From positions 1 to 29,635 of the forward strand of contig JBGSMD010000056.1 of the NCBI GenBank assembly GCA_041740355.1: 29,635 nucleotides of DNA, in the 5' to 3' direction. Position numbers and translations under genes: made by a program. Source of the stretch: Bdellovibrionota bacterium. Its GTDB lineage: Bacteria; Bdellovibrionota_C; UBA2361; CALJRW01. The notes below the pieces were generated by a model. The model was not told where the DNA came from. It saw only the letters and a list, made by a program, of their open reading frames with translations, and did not search any database. Of the stretch, positions 19,887 to 29,369 are shown one piece after another. Each line of letters begins with the position of its first letter. The stretch's first letter is position 1.

Positions 19887-20880
19887 TAATCACCATAAAA
19901 TTGCCGTCTTAGGTTTGGGACATTGGGGAACAGCCCTAGCTTATCATTTAGCTGATAAGCAGTATGCTGTAACTGCTTGGTCAAGAAATGAGGAAGTGAC
20001 TAGTTTTATAAATTTTCATCATTATCATCCTAATCTTTTGCCTGATGTTAGTTTGCCTGAAAATTTAGTTGCAACCAATAAACTTTCTGATTTAAAAGAT
20101 GCCGATATTTTACTTTCTGTTTTACCAGCGAAAGCACTTAGTGAAGTTTTTGGAAAGTTAAAATTAAAATCAGATGCTATTTTTGTAAGTGCTACTAAGG
20201 GAATTGACCCAAGCTCCAAGCATTTCCCCGTCGACTTAGCTAAAAAATTACTTCCAAATTTAAAAGCTTATGCTGTGGTTTCAGGACCTGGCTTTGCTAA
20301 AGATATTGCTGCTCAAAATCCCGCAGGGCTTGTTGTTGCTTGTGAACAAGAAGATATTGCCCATGAATTAGCTAAACTTTTTTCAAGTCCTAATCTGCGA
20401 ATTTATACCACTACAGACGTAGTTGGAGTTGAGCTTGGTGGAGTTGTTAAGAATATTATTGCAATTGCAGCAGGGATTTCAGATGGCTTAGGTCTTGGTG
20501 ATTCAGCTCGGGCCGGCTTAATCACTAGAGGCTTAGCTGAAATGATGCGTCTGGCTAAGGCTCTTAATGCGCACCCTCAGACACTTGCTGGATTATCTGG
20601 TTTAGGAGATTTAGTATTAACTGCCACTTCTGATAATAGTCGGAATCGCCAAGTTGGATTACACCTAGGTCAAGGAAGAAGTTTAGAAGAAACGTTACAA
20701 TTAGTTGGTTCTACGGCGGAAGGAGTTTTGGCGAGTAGTTTGATTGAAGATCTTGCCGTGAAGCATGGATTACAACTTCCAATTACTTCAACAGTGAATA
20801 AATTACTATCTGGCGAGCTTGATCGGCAAGGGGTGATTGAAGCCTTGTTAATGAGACCGATTAAGCCAGAGTTCTCCTAA
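19849..20880 (+). CDS. gpsA: NAD(P)H-dependent glycerol-3-phosphate dehydrogenase
   Basis: IAVLGLGHWGTALA, SATKGI, VSGPGFA, DVVGVELGGVVKNIIAIAAG, GLSGLGDLVLTA and SRNRQVG. The real start is probably later (ATG 19861 or TTG 19879). Confidence 0.95.
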   Translation: MKQLMLVSQKLSNNHHKIAVLGLGHWGTALAYHLADKQYAVTAWSRNEEVTSFINFHHYHPNLLPDVSLPENLVATNKLSDLKDADILLSVLPAKALSEVFGKLKLKSDAIFVSATKGIDPSSKHFPVDLAKKLLPNLKAYAVVSGPGFAKDIAAQNPAGLVVACEQEDIAHELAKLFSSPNLRIYTTTDVVGVELGGVVKNIIAIAAGISDGLGLGDSARAGLITRGLAEMMRLAKALNAHPQTLAGLSGLGDLVLTATSDNSRNRQVGLHLGQGRSLEETLQLVGSTAEGVLASSLIEDLAVKHGLQLPITSTVNKLLSGELDRQGVIEALLMRPIKPEFS

Positions 20881-20971
20881 CTCAGATTTCAGTAAATTTA
20901 AAAAATACATGATGGTCTACCAGTCCTGGCCCATTTTTTGCATTGCAAATTAAATCCAATTTATAAATCAC

Positions 20972-21541
20972 TTACTTTACTAGGGTTGGTCTTGGAAAGT
21001 TTTCAGAATGACCACGATCTACTTCTTGTAAATCCACTAAAGCCTTTTTGATTAATCCTAACTGATAAAAAATTCCGGAGTTTTGCGAATTTTGATTTAG
21101 TTTCGTTTTACTATCTGCGGTATCTAAAATTATTGCTTGTTTAAAGTCTGCAATTGCCTCAGAGGTCAGGCCTAATGCATAGCGAGCTCGACCACGATTA
21201 AAAAAAGCTTGTTGGTTTTTAGAATTAAGGATGATGGCATGTGAAAAATTTTCCAGAGCTAAATTTTTTTCACCGGCAGCTAGATGCGACATGCCCAGTA
21301 AATTATAAGCAGAATCATCTTCGGAATTGAGTTTAGTTGCTTGAGTTAGATCGGAAATTGCTTCTCTTTTTAAGCCTAGCTCTAAATGAATTGTACCTCT
21401 TAGTTTATAAGCGATTAGAGAATCAGGATTGTTTTTAAGTACCTTAGTAAGCTCTTTCAGGGCCAGAAGCCGCTGTTGATTACGATCAGACGCTTGATCA
21501 ATCACAACTGGCAGTGCATTAGAATGTTTTTTTGATGACAT
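20972..21541 (-). CDS. Tetratricopeptide repeat protein
   Basis: About three TPR units: AYKLRGTIHLELG..EAISDL, AYNLLGMSHLAAG..LALENF and AFFNRGRARYALG..EAIADF. Confidence 0.85.
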   Translation of the reverse strand: MSSKKHSNALPVVIDQASDRNQQRLLALKELTKVLKNNPDSLIAYKLRGTIHLELGLKREAISDLTQATKLNSEDDSAYNLLGMSHLAAGEKNLALENFSHAIILNSKNQQAFFNRGRARYALGLTSEAIADFKQAIILDTADSKTKLNQNSQNSGIFYQLGLIKKALVDLQEVDRGHSENFPRPTLVK

Positions 21542-21572
21542 AAGATTACCATAGGTAGAACGCTGTTGAAAC

Positions 21573-21683
21573 TATAGCGAGATTTAAAAACCTAAGAAAG
21601 TCTTCTGTAAATATTCTTAAAATTATATTTTATTTATTTTATAATAATGTTTTTAGTGCCAACATTTTTTGGACTCGCTATAA
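21573..21683. repeat. Degenerate H3-type inverted repeat
   Basis: TTTTTGGACTCGCTATAA (21666-21683) is 17/18 identical to the 3' end of the 27514-27663 copy. Its partner arm TATAGCGAG lies at 21573-21581. Confidence 0.55.
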
Positions 21684-21709
21684 TGGAATGATTATTGTTG
21701 ACTAAGAAT

Positions 21710-23272
21710 TTATTTCTGGATCATTGCTTTTCTAATTGTTCGATCTAGAAATGTTTTGTCGTAAGGTTTTTGAAGAAAATATTTAATTCCTAAGCTTTGA
21801 TATTCTTTAACTTTGGTATTCAAATCGTAGCCTGTAGATAAAATAATTTGTAGCTTGGGATCAAGTTGTAATGCAGATTTAATAAATTCAGCAGTATTAA
21901 GATTGGGCATTACAATATCTAATATTAGTAAATCAATTTTATATGACTTACTTGCTAAATAATTTAAGGCCTCCTCTGCTGAGCTGGTTATTGTAACTTG
22001 ATGGTGTAATGACTTTAAACTTTCAGCAGTAGTTTTTAGAACATAAATATTATCATCGACTAAGAGTACTTGTAATGGAGCTTGTTCTTTTAGCTCCATT
22101 TCGGAAGATTCCTCGCAAATTTTAGGATCTGATTCCGAACTTGGAAAGGAAAGCTCAAAAGTTGTTCCCACACCAATTTCACTTTCAACAGACAGACTGC
22201 CTTGATGATTATCAATTATTCCGTAGACCATGGAGAGTCCTAGCCCTAGACCATGTCCGGAGGTTTTGGTCGTAAAAAATGGATCGAAAATTCTAGCTTT
22301 CGTAGTTTCATCCATGCCACAACCGGTATCCTGAATGGATAATTTAACACCATTTTGAAAATTATAATTTATATCCTGAGTAGAAATTAATAAACTTCCA
22401 CCGTTTGTTCCCGATTTTTCAGAGGTCATGGCGTCTCGGGCATTAATTATTAAATTCATTAGTACTTGTTGAACTTGGATTGGATCACCTTTGATAAAAG
22501 AATTTTCTGCTAATAACTCACTAGCAATCTTTATGTTTTCATCGATTGTTCTAGATAACATGGAGATTGTATCTGTTACTATTTCGTGTAAATCAATCTC
22601 TACATTTAAGTGCTTTCCTTCACGAGCAAAGCCTAATATTTTTTTAACTAAATCGGCAGCACGCATTGTCGTATTTTTAATTCCATCGACTGACTTTGGA
22701 ATTAAGTGTTGGGGATACTCGCTTTCTTCTAAGAGAGACACATGACCTAAGATAACAGTTAGCAAATTATTAAAGTCATGGGCGATTCCTCCCGCCAGCC
22801 TCCCTAAGCTTTGCATCTTCTGGGCTTGAAGCAATTGCTCAAAAAGCTTTTTTCTTTCAGTAATATCAGTCGCGACTCCTAAGACCTGATATTCACCATT
22901 TTTGGTTAAGATTGGTTTTTTAGTCGTTTCAAACCAACGAATTGTGCCATCAGGTGAGGTAACTTTTTCCTCGGGAATAATAATTGTTTTTTTTTCTAAT
23001 ATAACCTGCTGATCATCATTACTATACCAATCAACTTCTTCCGGGTCAGTATTAAAATCAGCATCTCGTTTTCCGACCAGCCCTTCGACAGTTGTGCCAT
23101 AAATTTCAGCAACAGCTTTATTGGCCAGAGTAAAACGTCCCGTAATATCTTTTACAAAAACTAAGTTGGGACTTGTGTTAATAACATTCTCTAAAAATTC
23201 AAAACTTTGAAAGTAATCGATTTGAGAATTAACATTAGTTGAAAATGCTAGAGTAGTCTTTTTATTATGCAT
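21710..23272 (-). CDS. Cytoplasmic PAS hybrid sensor histidine kinase (PAS-HisKA-HATPase-REC)
   Basis: PAS/PAC (FVKDITGRFTLANKA...DITERK), H-box AGGIAHDFNNLL, N-box NLIINARDAM, DTGCGM, FDPFFTTK, GLGLGL and a C-terminal REC domain; no TM segment. Confidence 0.93.
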   Translation of the reverse strand: MHNKKTTLAFSTNVNSQIDYFQSFEFLENVINTSPNLVFVKDITGRFTLANKAVAEIYGTTVEGLVGKRDADFNTDPEEVDWYSNDDQQVILEKKTIIIPEEKVTSPDGTIRWFETTKKPILTKNGEYQVLGVATDITERKKLFEQLLQAQKMQSLGRLAGGIAHDFNNLLTVILGHVSLLEESEYPQHLIPKSVDGIKNTTMRAADLVKKILGFAREGKHLNVEIDLHEIVTDTISMLSRTIDENIKIASELLAENSFIKGDPIQVQQVLMNLIINARDAMTSEKSGTNGGSLLISTQDINYNFQNGVKLSIQDTGCGMDETTKARIFDPFFTTKTSGHGLGLGLSMVYGIIDNHQGSLSVESEIGVGTTFELSFPSSESDPKICEESSEMELKEQAPLQVLLVDDNIYVLKTTAESLKSLHHQVTITSSAEEALNYLASKSYKIDLLILDIVMPNLNTAEFIKSALQLDPKLQIILSTGYDLNTKVKEYQSLGIKYFLQKPYDKTFLDRTIRKAMIQK

Positions 23273-23456
23273 AAACTAACTTGAGATGTTTTAGAACAGG
23301 CAGTATAGCATTTTCTAAAGCTTATCAATCAATTATTAGTTAGACAGCTCTTTTGTTAGAATTACCATTCTCCAATTAGCAATTTATTCATTATTTAGTT
23401 GCTTTCTTGTTTTCGCTTTAACTTTAATGTTGGCAGAGGATGCTAAGGTGTAAAAT

Positions 23457-23592
23457 TATAGAAAGTCTCAAAAAGTAATTTAAGTAAGGAAATTACTTTT
23501 TGGGACTCTCTATCCCTCGGAGATACAATAAAATCATATTGTTATGACAAATAAAATCAATTTAATTTTTACGTAACTTATTTTTTGTTAAC
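23457..23592 (-). repeat. Triple-hairpin intergenic repeat, copy A (reverse orientation)
   Basis: The reverse complement aligns with 29482-29633: CAAAAAATAAGTTACGTAAAAATT, TTTGTCATAACAATATGATTTTATT, GGGATAGAGAGTCCCAAAAAGTAATTTCCTTAC and AAATTACTTTTTG.GACTTTCTATA. Confidence 0.9.
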
Positions 23593-23671
23593 GGTATCTA
23601 ACCTTGATCCTTGTAGGTTAGACCTTTTATTTATATCTTCACTTTCTCCCGATCTGGAGCAACTTTTCTAG

Positions 23672-25402
23672 CTATTTGTTTGGACTACTTTGGCAGGCTT
23701 GAATATTTAACTGCACAGAAAGATTACCATTAAATTCATTAACTTCAGGCTTGCAGACAATTTCTACTGCTGCTCCAGGAAATAATGCCGGGTGTCGTGC
23801 AGTTTGCCAAAGGAAACCTGTTAAATATTTTTTACCGTCTGTTAGTGTAACTTTTAAATGATTATTCTTGAGGAGTGAAATATCTCGCACGCGAAGATTT
23901 TGGATCATTAATTGAGCACCAGGATTGGCCATTCCAAATGGAGCTAGTGACTTCAGATCTTCGCATAATTTTAAATCTAGTTCACTGAAATCTACAATCG
24001 TATCAGCTTTGATGCTGGGAACTAACTCCACAGTCTCTAAGTTTTTTTTACAAACCTGATCAAAGGCAATTGCTAATTCTTCCGGATTATTTTCTTTCAG
24101 AGTAAATCCACCGGCACCTGTGTGGCCACCAAATTTATCAAAAAACGAGCTCAGCTCAGCAAGTGCTCCCACAACACTAAAGCCGGGAATTCCTCGTACT
24201 GAGCCTTTAAGTTTTCCTTGATCTTTTCCCATCACAATTGCTGGGCGGTAAAAAGACTCAGCTAGTCTTTGGGCCACAATTCCAATTACACCGGTGTGAT
24301 AATTGTCTCCCCAAACAGTTAGTCCATGAGGAATTGTGGCACTTTGATTGATTAATTGTTTGGCTCGTTCTTTAATTTTAGCTTCTACTTCTTGGCGGTC
24401 TTGGTTTAATTTATCCAGTCGGGTAGCAATTTTTTTGGCTTCTTCTTCTTGTTTAGTAGTCAACAGTTTAATAATCATTTGACCACTCATCATCCGACCA
24501 GCAGCATTAATTCTTGGACCAAAACCAAATCCAACATGATGTCCCTGTACAGGACCTTTAATTCCAATTACTTTCTTTAAGGCTTGGATACCTAATCGCT
24601 TAGAGTCCGTTAATTGTTCCAAACCTTTCTGGGCAATAACTCGATTCACACCAGTTAACGGTACCATATCGCAAATAGTTCCGAGACTTGCGAGATCTAA
24701 ATACTCTCGCAGATCAATTTCCTTAACCTTGGGCTTAACCAAGATTAGCGATTTTTTAAGAATAATAAGTAGATACCAAGCAAGTCCGGCAGAACATAAA
24801 ACTTTTCCAGCAAAGCCACAGCCTGCTTGCTCTGGATTAACAAAAACATCTGCGGGAGGATTTTGGCTAGCATGGTGATGATCGACCACAATTGTTTTGA
24901 TACCATAAGCACGAGCTAGCTCTAATTCTTTAATATTCGTAGTCCCATAATCAATACAAATAATTAAACCATGTCCAGCAGCCTTGGAATCTTCAATCAT
25001 TTTTTGGTTTAATCCGTAACCCTCTTTAAAGCGATCAGGAACAAAAACTTCCGAGCTAATATTTAATTCGTCAAAGAATGCTTTAACTTGAGAAGCACCA
25101 GTTAATCCATCAACATCAAAATCACAACAAATTGCGATGCTCTGATTTTTCTTTACTATCTCACAAATTAATTCTCCCGCGGCCGTTAAATTTTTTAATT
25201 GGTCTGGATTTGGAAGGCTGTTTTGGAGTGTTGGGTTTAAATAATCTGCCAGGACTTGGTCACATTGGTAATTTCGCGCTGCTAATATTTTCGATATTAC
25301 AGAGGAAACACCATGTTTTTGTTCAATCTCCCTAGCGACTTCCAGATTTTGTGGAAGTAATTTGATCCGTTTATGAAATATTAGGTCAGCGTTCTTATTC
25401 AT
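23672..25402 (-). CDS. recJ: Single-stranded-DNA-specific exonuclease RecJ
   Basis: CDFDVDG, PDRFKEGYGLN, IDYGT, VDHH, GTICDMVPL, GPRINAAGR, GSVRG, FGGHTGAGG and APFGMANP. Confidence 0.96.
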   Translation of the reverse strand: MNKNADLIFHKRIKLLPQNLEVAREIEQKHGVSSVISKILAARNYQCDQVLADYLNPTLQNSLPNPDQLKNLTAAGELICEIVKKNQSIAICCDFDVDGLTGASQVKAFFDELNISSEVFVPDRFKEGYGLNQKMIEDSKAAGHGLIICIDYGTTNIKELELARAYGIKTIVVDHHHASQNPPADVFVNPEQAGCGFAGKVLCSAGLAWYLLIILKKSLILVKPKVKEIDLREYLDLASLGTICDMVPLTGVNRVIAQKGLEQLTDSKRLGIQALKKVIGIKGPVQGHHVGFGFGPRINAAGRMMSGQMIIKLLTTKQEEEAKKIATRLDKLNQDRQEVEAKIKERAKQLINQSATIPHGLTVWGDNYHTGVIGIVAQRLAESFYRPAIVMGKDQGKLKGSVRGIPGFSVVGALAELSSFFDKFGGHTGAGGFTLKENNPEELAIAFDQVCKKNLETVELVPSIKADTIVDFSELDLKLCEDLKSLAPFGMANPGAQLMIQNLRVRDISLLKNNHLKVTLTDGKKYLTGFLWQTARHPALFPGAAVEIVCKPEVNEFNGNLSVQLNIQACQSSPNK

Positions 25403-25859
25403 TAAGGTAGCTTATCAGTTCTGGCAGAGCTTTACTGTATCCCTCGGCACGTATTTTTTCGGTAAGCTCTAAGAGTTCTGTGGCGGCACACCACTTCCAG
25501 GCTTGAAATTCGGGATGAAAACGATTTAAGTCTATTAAGCGATCCTCTCCGGTGAAACGTAGTAACCAAAAAGTTTGGCTCTGTCCTTTCCACAGATCGC
25601 GAGCAAAGGGTGGAATTACTCTAAAATCATAAACATGGGTTGCGGTTAATTGCTTGATAACCTCAAAATATTCTAGATCAACACCAAGTTCTTCAGAGGC
25701 TTCACGCAAAGCATTTTCCGCTAATGTAAATTCTGGCTCGGCACCACCTTGTGGTAATTGCCAACAATCGGGGGCTTTATGTCTTTCTCCAATAAAAACC
25801 TGATTTGCATTATTCAAGATTATTAAACAGACATTAGGACGATATGGTAGGTTGTTCAT
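25395..25859 (-). CDS. rppH: RNA pyrophosphohydrolase (Nudix, RppH/NudH)
   Basis: YRPNV, WQLPQGG...ALREASEELG (Nudix box), WKGQSQTFWLLRF and PEFQAWKW. Confidence 0.85.
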   Translation of the reverse strand: MNNLPYRPNVCLIILNNANQVFIGERHKAPDCWQLPQGGAEPEFTLAENALREASEELGVDLEYFEVIKQLTATHVYDFRVIPPFARDLWKGQSQTFWLLRFTGEDRLIDLNRFHPEFQAWKWCAATELLELTEKIRAEGYSKALPELISYLNE

Positions 25860-27405
25860 CGTTACAATATTTACGATAGGTTATTAAATCGATCAGCCCC
25901 TTGGAGAAAAGATTTTTTAATTGATTTTGATAAGATCGATAAAATTTAGATCTAACGGTTTCATTATTAACCGAAAATTTATTTTCAGCAATTTTCTGTC
26001 TAATCCGATCATTAATTAACAAGGTTTCGCTAATTAATTGCCTGTCTTTGTATCCAATATAGTTACAATCGGCACAGCCGCGAGCTTCATAACTGGGAAA
26101 CTTGTTACTTTGCTCAGCTACTGATCTTTGTTTGCAATTGGAACAAAGACAAGGGATTAACCTTTGATTTATAATCAGTTTTAGTGCTTCAGCCAAGAAA
26201 GATGCATCAAGGTTTAAATGTACTAAGCGATTGATTGCTTGTTGTACCGAACCCGCATGAACGGAGGTAAATATTAGATGTCCACTAAGTGCCGCTTGTA
26301 AGGCAATGTCAGCACTATCCCGATCTCTAATTTCTCCAATCAGCAGGACGTCTGGGTCTTGGCGCAAAATGTTCTTTAAAGCTTGTTGATAGTTAAAATT
26401 GATTTCGGGTTTAATGCTCGTTTGATCAACATTGGGGAGAAAAATTTCCACAGGATCTTCAATTGAAGCTAAGCATAAGTTTTTATGACTTAGTTCCTTG
26501 AGTGCTGAATATATCGTTGTTGTTTTACCACTTCCCGTTGGTCCACAAAGGATAATTAATCCGACTTGTTGTGTTAAGCAAGATTCCAGTTTTTGAAGTG
26601 TAAATTGGTCGAGCCCCAGGTCATTAAGATTTGGCACATGATCATTTTTAGGTAAACGGATCACTGCTTTTTCACCGTAAATAGTGGGCATGATACTTAA
26701 TCTTAATTTTTGATAGGCATGATCGCTGTCCAAACTAATTGCACCATCTTGAGGTAAGCGTTGTTCACTAATATTTAGTTTGCTAAGAATCTTTAGTCGA
26801 TTAATAATAATTTGATGTTGGGTAAGTGAACAAATCCTTTCCGGATGTTCGAACAGTTCACCGTCAATTCTAATTTTTAAAAAGGTTCCACTAATTTTTG
26901 GAATAATATGAATATCACTAGCTTCTTTGGCGAGAGCATAGTCCAGTAAACTTTTGATAAATTTACTCTCTGGATTTTGGGCATCTTCTTGATAGCTTAG
27001 GTTCAATTTTTTTGCTGGGGCAATGCTGCCTAGTAGTTCAACTTTAGCCGCAATCAAATCATCTTGATCTCCTTGATAAGCTTTGCGAATCGCAGGTAGC
27101 AAATTATTACTATCAATTTCCATTAGTTGAATTTGCAGTCCCGTGTGAAAAGCAATCTCCTGTTTGATTGAGCCGGAGAAGTTTTTACGACAAATTATAG
27201 TTAGTAGGCTTCCCGTTGCTTGTTTCGTGATGTTAAGTGGTAAGATATGATATTTAGTAGCTAGCTCGTAGCTCAGATAGGATCTCGCAGTTCTGGCGGA
27301 ACAAAAAGCTAAATCTTGAACTTTTTTGTAATCATTTTGTAAAATTAGTTCTGAATTATTGCCTTGAACAGCAATCTCTCTAGTAAAAAAGCTAGTTTTT
27401 CTCAT
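25834..27405 (-). CDS. GspE/PilB-family secretion or pilus assembly ATPase
   Basis: ASDIHI, RIDGEL, EQRLPQDG, GPTGSGKTTT, IEDPVE, LRQDPDVLLIGEIRD, GHLIFTSVHA and Zn motif CSNC...CADC. Confidence 0.92.
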   Translation of the reverse strand: MRKTSFFTREIAVQGNNSELILQNDYKKVQDLAFCSARTARSYLSYELATKYHILPLNITKQATGSLLTIICRKNFSGSIKQEIAFHTGLQIQLMEIDSNNLLPAIRKAYQGDQDDLIAAKVELLGSIAPAKKLNLSYQEDAQNPESKFIKSLLDYALAKEASDIHIIPKISGTFLKIRIDGELFEHPERICSLTQHQIIINRLKILSKLNISEQRLPQDGAISLDSDHAYQKLRLSIMPTIYGEKAVIRLPKNDHVPNLNDLGLDQFTLQKLESCLTQQVGLIILCGPTGSGKTTTIYSALKELSHKNLCLASIEDPVEIFLPNVDQTSIKPEINFNYQQALKNILRQDPDVLLIGEIRDRDSADIALQAALSGHLIFTSVHAGSVQQAINRLVHLNLDASFLAEALKLIINQRLIPCLCSNCKQRSVAEQSNKFPSYEARGCADCNYIGYKDRQLISETLLINDRIRQKIAENKFSVNNETVRSKFYRSYQNQLKNLFSKGLIDLITYRKYCNDEQPTISS

Positions 27406-27513
27406 GACTTAGGGGTTAAAAGGTTTTTCATGAGCATTAAATCGGTCGATTATTAGCAATGTTGTCCTGAAGCATAATGCTTTAGAAAGTTGATACAAGA
27501 TCATGGTTGACGA

Positions 27514-27663
27514 TATTTATAGTTATGACAAAAAGTAATTTTCGAATAATGAAAAGTTAGTTTAGTTATTTTTGTCATAACTATATGATTTTATTATCCC
27601 TCTTGGGGATAGTAAGCCCCAAAAAGTATTTCCCTACGGAAATTACTTTTTGGACTCACTATA
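27514..27663 (+). repeat. Triple-hairpin intergenic repeat, copy B
   Basis: H1 ATAGTTATGACAAAAA...TTTTTGTCATAACTAT; H2 TATCCC-TCTTG-GGGATA; H3 ATAGTAAG-CC-CCAAAAAGTATTTCC...GGAAATTACTTTTTGG-A-CTCACTAT. Confidence 0.92.
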
Positions 27664-27720
27664 AGTATAAAGTATCAAAGGTGAAGAGGTATCCAAATCA
27701 CCAGTTATTTAAAAGAAATT

Positions 27721-28008
27721 ATGAATACCTTTATATTAATCAGTATTTTAGCAGGGGGATTCTTCCTGATGGTTCTTGGTGCTAATAAGTCAAAGAACAA
27801 AAAGAATGGCAACAGAGGTGGTCGTGATTACAATGTTGATATTAAAAAATTAGATAGTGTAACCAAAAGAATGGAAATGCTACATCAGGAACAAGAAATT
27901 GCTCGGGTAACAAATCGATTTATCTCTCCTTCTTCAATTTCAACGGATCCGGCAGACCGCGATCGCGAGCGGCCGCATACGGTAATTAGATTAAACCGAA
28001 ATTTTTAA
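27721..28008 (+). CDS. Small single-pass membrane protein, unknown function
   Basis: N-terminal hydrophobic helix followed by basic KSKNKK; 95 aa; followed by a hairpin. Confidence 0.7.
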   Translation: MNTFILISILAGGFFLMVLGANKSKNKKNGNRGGRDYNVDIKKLDSVTKRMEMLHQEQEIARVTNRFISPSSISTDPADRDRERPHTVIRLNRNF

Positions 28009-28049
28009 TAAGCGTTTAGCATGACTTAAGATCAAACTCTAAACGCTTA
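28009..28049. terminator. Hairpin between convergent genes (possible bidirectional terminator)
   Basis: 11-bp stem TAAGCGTTTAG/CTAAACGCTTA directly after the stop at 28008; no clear U-tract. Confidence 0.5.
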
Positions 28050-28087
28050 GGATCAATTCGGTCCACAATATTATTGAATTATGACCT

Positions 28088-29359
28088 TTAGGAACAGACA
28101 CTTTGATTAATTGGAATATTAGCAAGCTGTGCTAAAATTTGCAGATTAAGGGAGTCATTTTTTCTTTTGAATACCAAATGCTCCTTACTACCTGCGATCA
28201 ATAACTTTTGTAATCTAGTGATCAGCTTCTCATTAATCAATTTTAATTCATTGGCAATTTTTTGATATTCTAAAATTAATCCTTGAACACTTTGCTTTGC
28301 GCAAAAATTTTGATTACTACAAGTATTGGAGTTTATTGGTAACTGCCACACGATTTGCCAACTTTTTATTTGTAAATCACTAGCAATTTTTTTCTGTTCC
28401 GAAACAAATTTTTGAATTTGAAGAGTATTTTTGATACTAATAATTTTATTGGCAATTTGTCGGGTCAGTCTTTCTACTTCTTTTGTTCCAGAATCAAGCT
28501 TTCCAAGTTGTAAGGATTGATTTGTTTGTGTGCAACCTAAGCAGCTCTGACCGTCACCATTGCAAACTCCACAACGATCTTTCTTAGCTTTGCCATTAAC
28601 TACTCCCAAGCAGTCTCGACAGGAGGAATTATTTCCATTACACATACCACAAGCATCTACTACTTGATTGTTATTATCTGGCAAAATCGGACAAGTATCC
28701 GTCCTTACTTTGTCTAGTTGCAGATCAATGTCTTGATCGAGCCCATCGATTTGTAGTTCAATTGCCGAAACCTTGTTGAAGCTAAAGTTTCCAGCGGAGT
28801 CATCTGTCGCTATAAAATCTTTTAGTGGAAATTCAATTAATTGCTTAGAATTAATTGCTGATTTTAAATTCTTTCGAAGAACAACGATGGTTTTGAGCTC
28901 GTTGTAGATTCTAATTTCGAGATTAACTTCTGAATTAAAAGGGGCATCAAAGCTAAGCACCTCTAAGATAATTTTAGATGAACCATCAGCAATTAAATTA
29001 TATGCACCTAATTTATTGTTAATAGTGCTTGTTTTGTCATCCCCATCCCAGATAATTCTGGAGATACCGATTGCTCCGGAATCTTGCGAGTGGATTAGCT
29101 TCCCATCTTCGACTACTAATCTAGTTTTAATATTTTTACTTCCGGCTAGTCCTTCAACGAGTAACTTTCTTTTTCCTCCAAGCGAATTTAATCTTTGACT
29201 AGAGGTCTGTGGTAAGGTTACGGCATTTGATTGAACAGTTTCTAGCTCGGAAGTAATTTGCTGTTCACCATTGAAGTCGTCGATTACTAAAGCACCAGCG
29301 GTGTTGGCTAGAAAAAGTAGAATGATGAAAATTACTTGATAAGTCTTGATAAATAACAT
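28088..29359 (-). CDS. Secreted protein with N-terminal beta-rich domain, Cys-rich repeats and helical C-terminal domain
   Basis: Signal peptide ending LANTAGA; mature start LVIDDF; repeats DACGMCNGNNSSCRDC and DRCGVCNGDGQSCLGC; ends QSVCS. Confidence 0.8.
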   Translation of the reverse strand: MLFIKTYQVIFIILLFLANTAGALVIDDFNGEQQITSELETVQSNAVTLPQTSSQRLNSLGGKRKLLVEGLAGSKNIKTRLVVEDGKLIHSQDSGAIGISRIIWDGDDKTSTINNKLGAYNLIADGSSKIILEVLSFDAPFNSEVNLEIRIYNELKTIVVLRKNLKSAINSKQLIEFPLKDFIATDDSAGNFSFNKVSAIELQIDGLDQDIDLQLDKVRTDTCPILPDNNNQVVDACGMCNGNNSSCRDCLGVVNGKAKKDRCGVCNGDGQSCLGCTQTNQSLQLGKLDSGTKEVERLTRQIANKIISIKNTLQIQKFVSEQKKIASDLQIKSWQIVWQLPINSNTCSNQNFCAKQSVQGLILEYQKIANELKLINEKLITRLQKLLIAGSKEHLVFKRKNDSLNLQILAQLANIPINQSVCS

Positions 29360-29369
29360 TTTTTGCCCT

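Noticed and set aside
20927-20942. Sigma54-like TGGCCCATTTTTTGCA
   Set aside because: Lies between convergent genes and points antisense into the TPR gene; probably chance or a degenerate R fragment.
23597-23622. Hairpin TCTAACCT/AGGTTAGA next to copy A as an R module
   Set aside because: It sits where R would be but lacks the GCGAGC flank and the bulge; it may just be a recJ terminator.
27585-27785. 66-aa ORF
   Set aside because: Starts inside repeat copy B and overlaps the better 95-aa ORF in another frame.
444-29198. Other short ORFs nested in or antisense to real genes (e.g. 444-653, 2457-2861, 3262-3471, 12099-12485, 17551-17923, 22491-22745, 29016-29198)
   Set aside because: Shadow frames of well-supported genes with no independent evidence.
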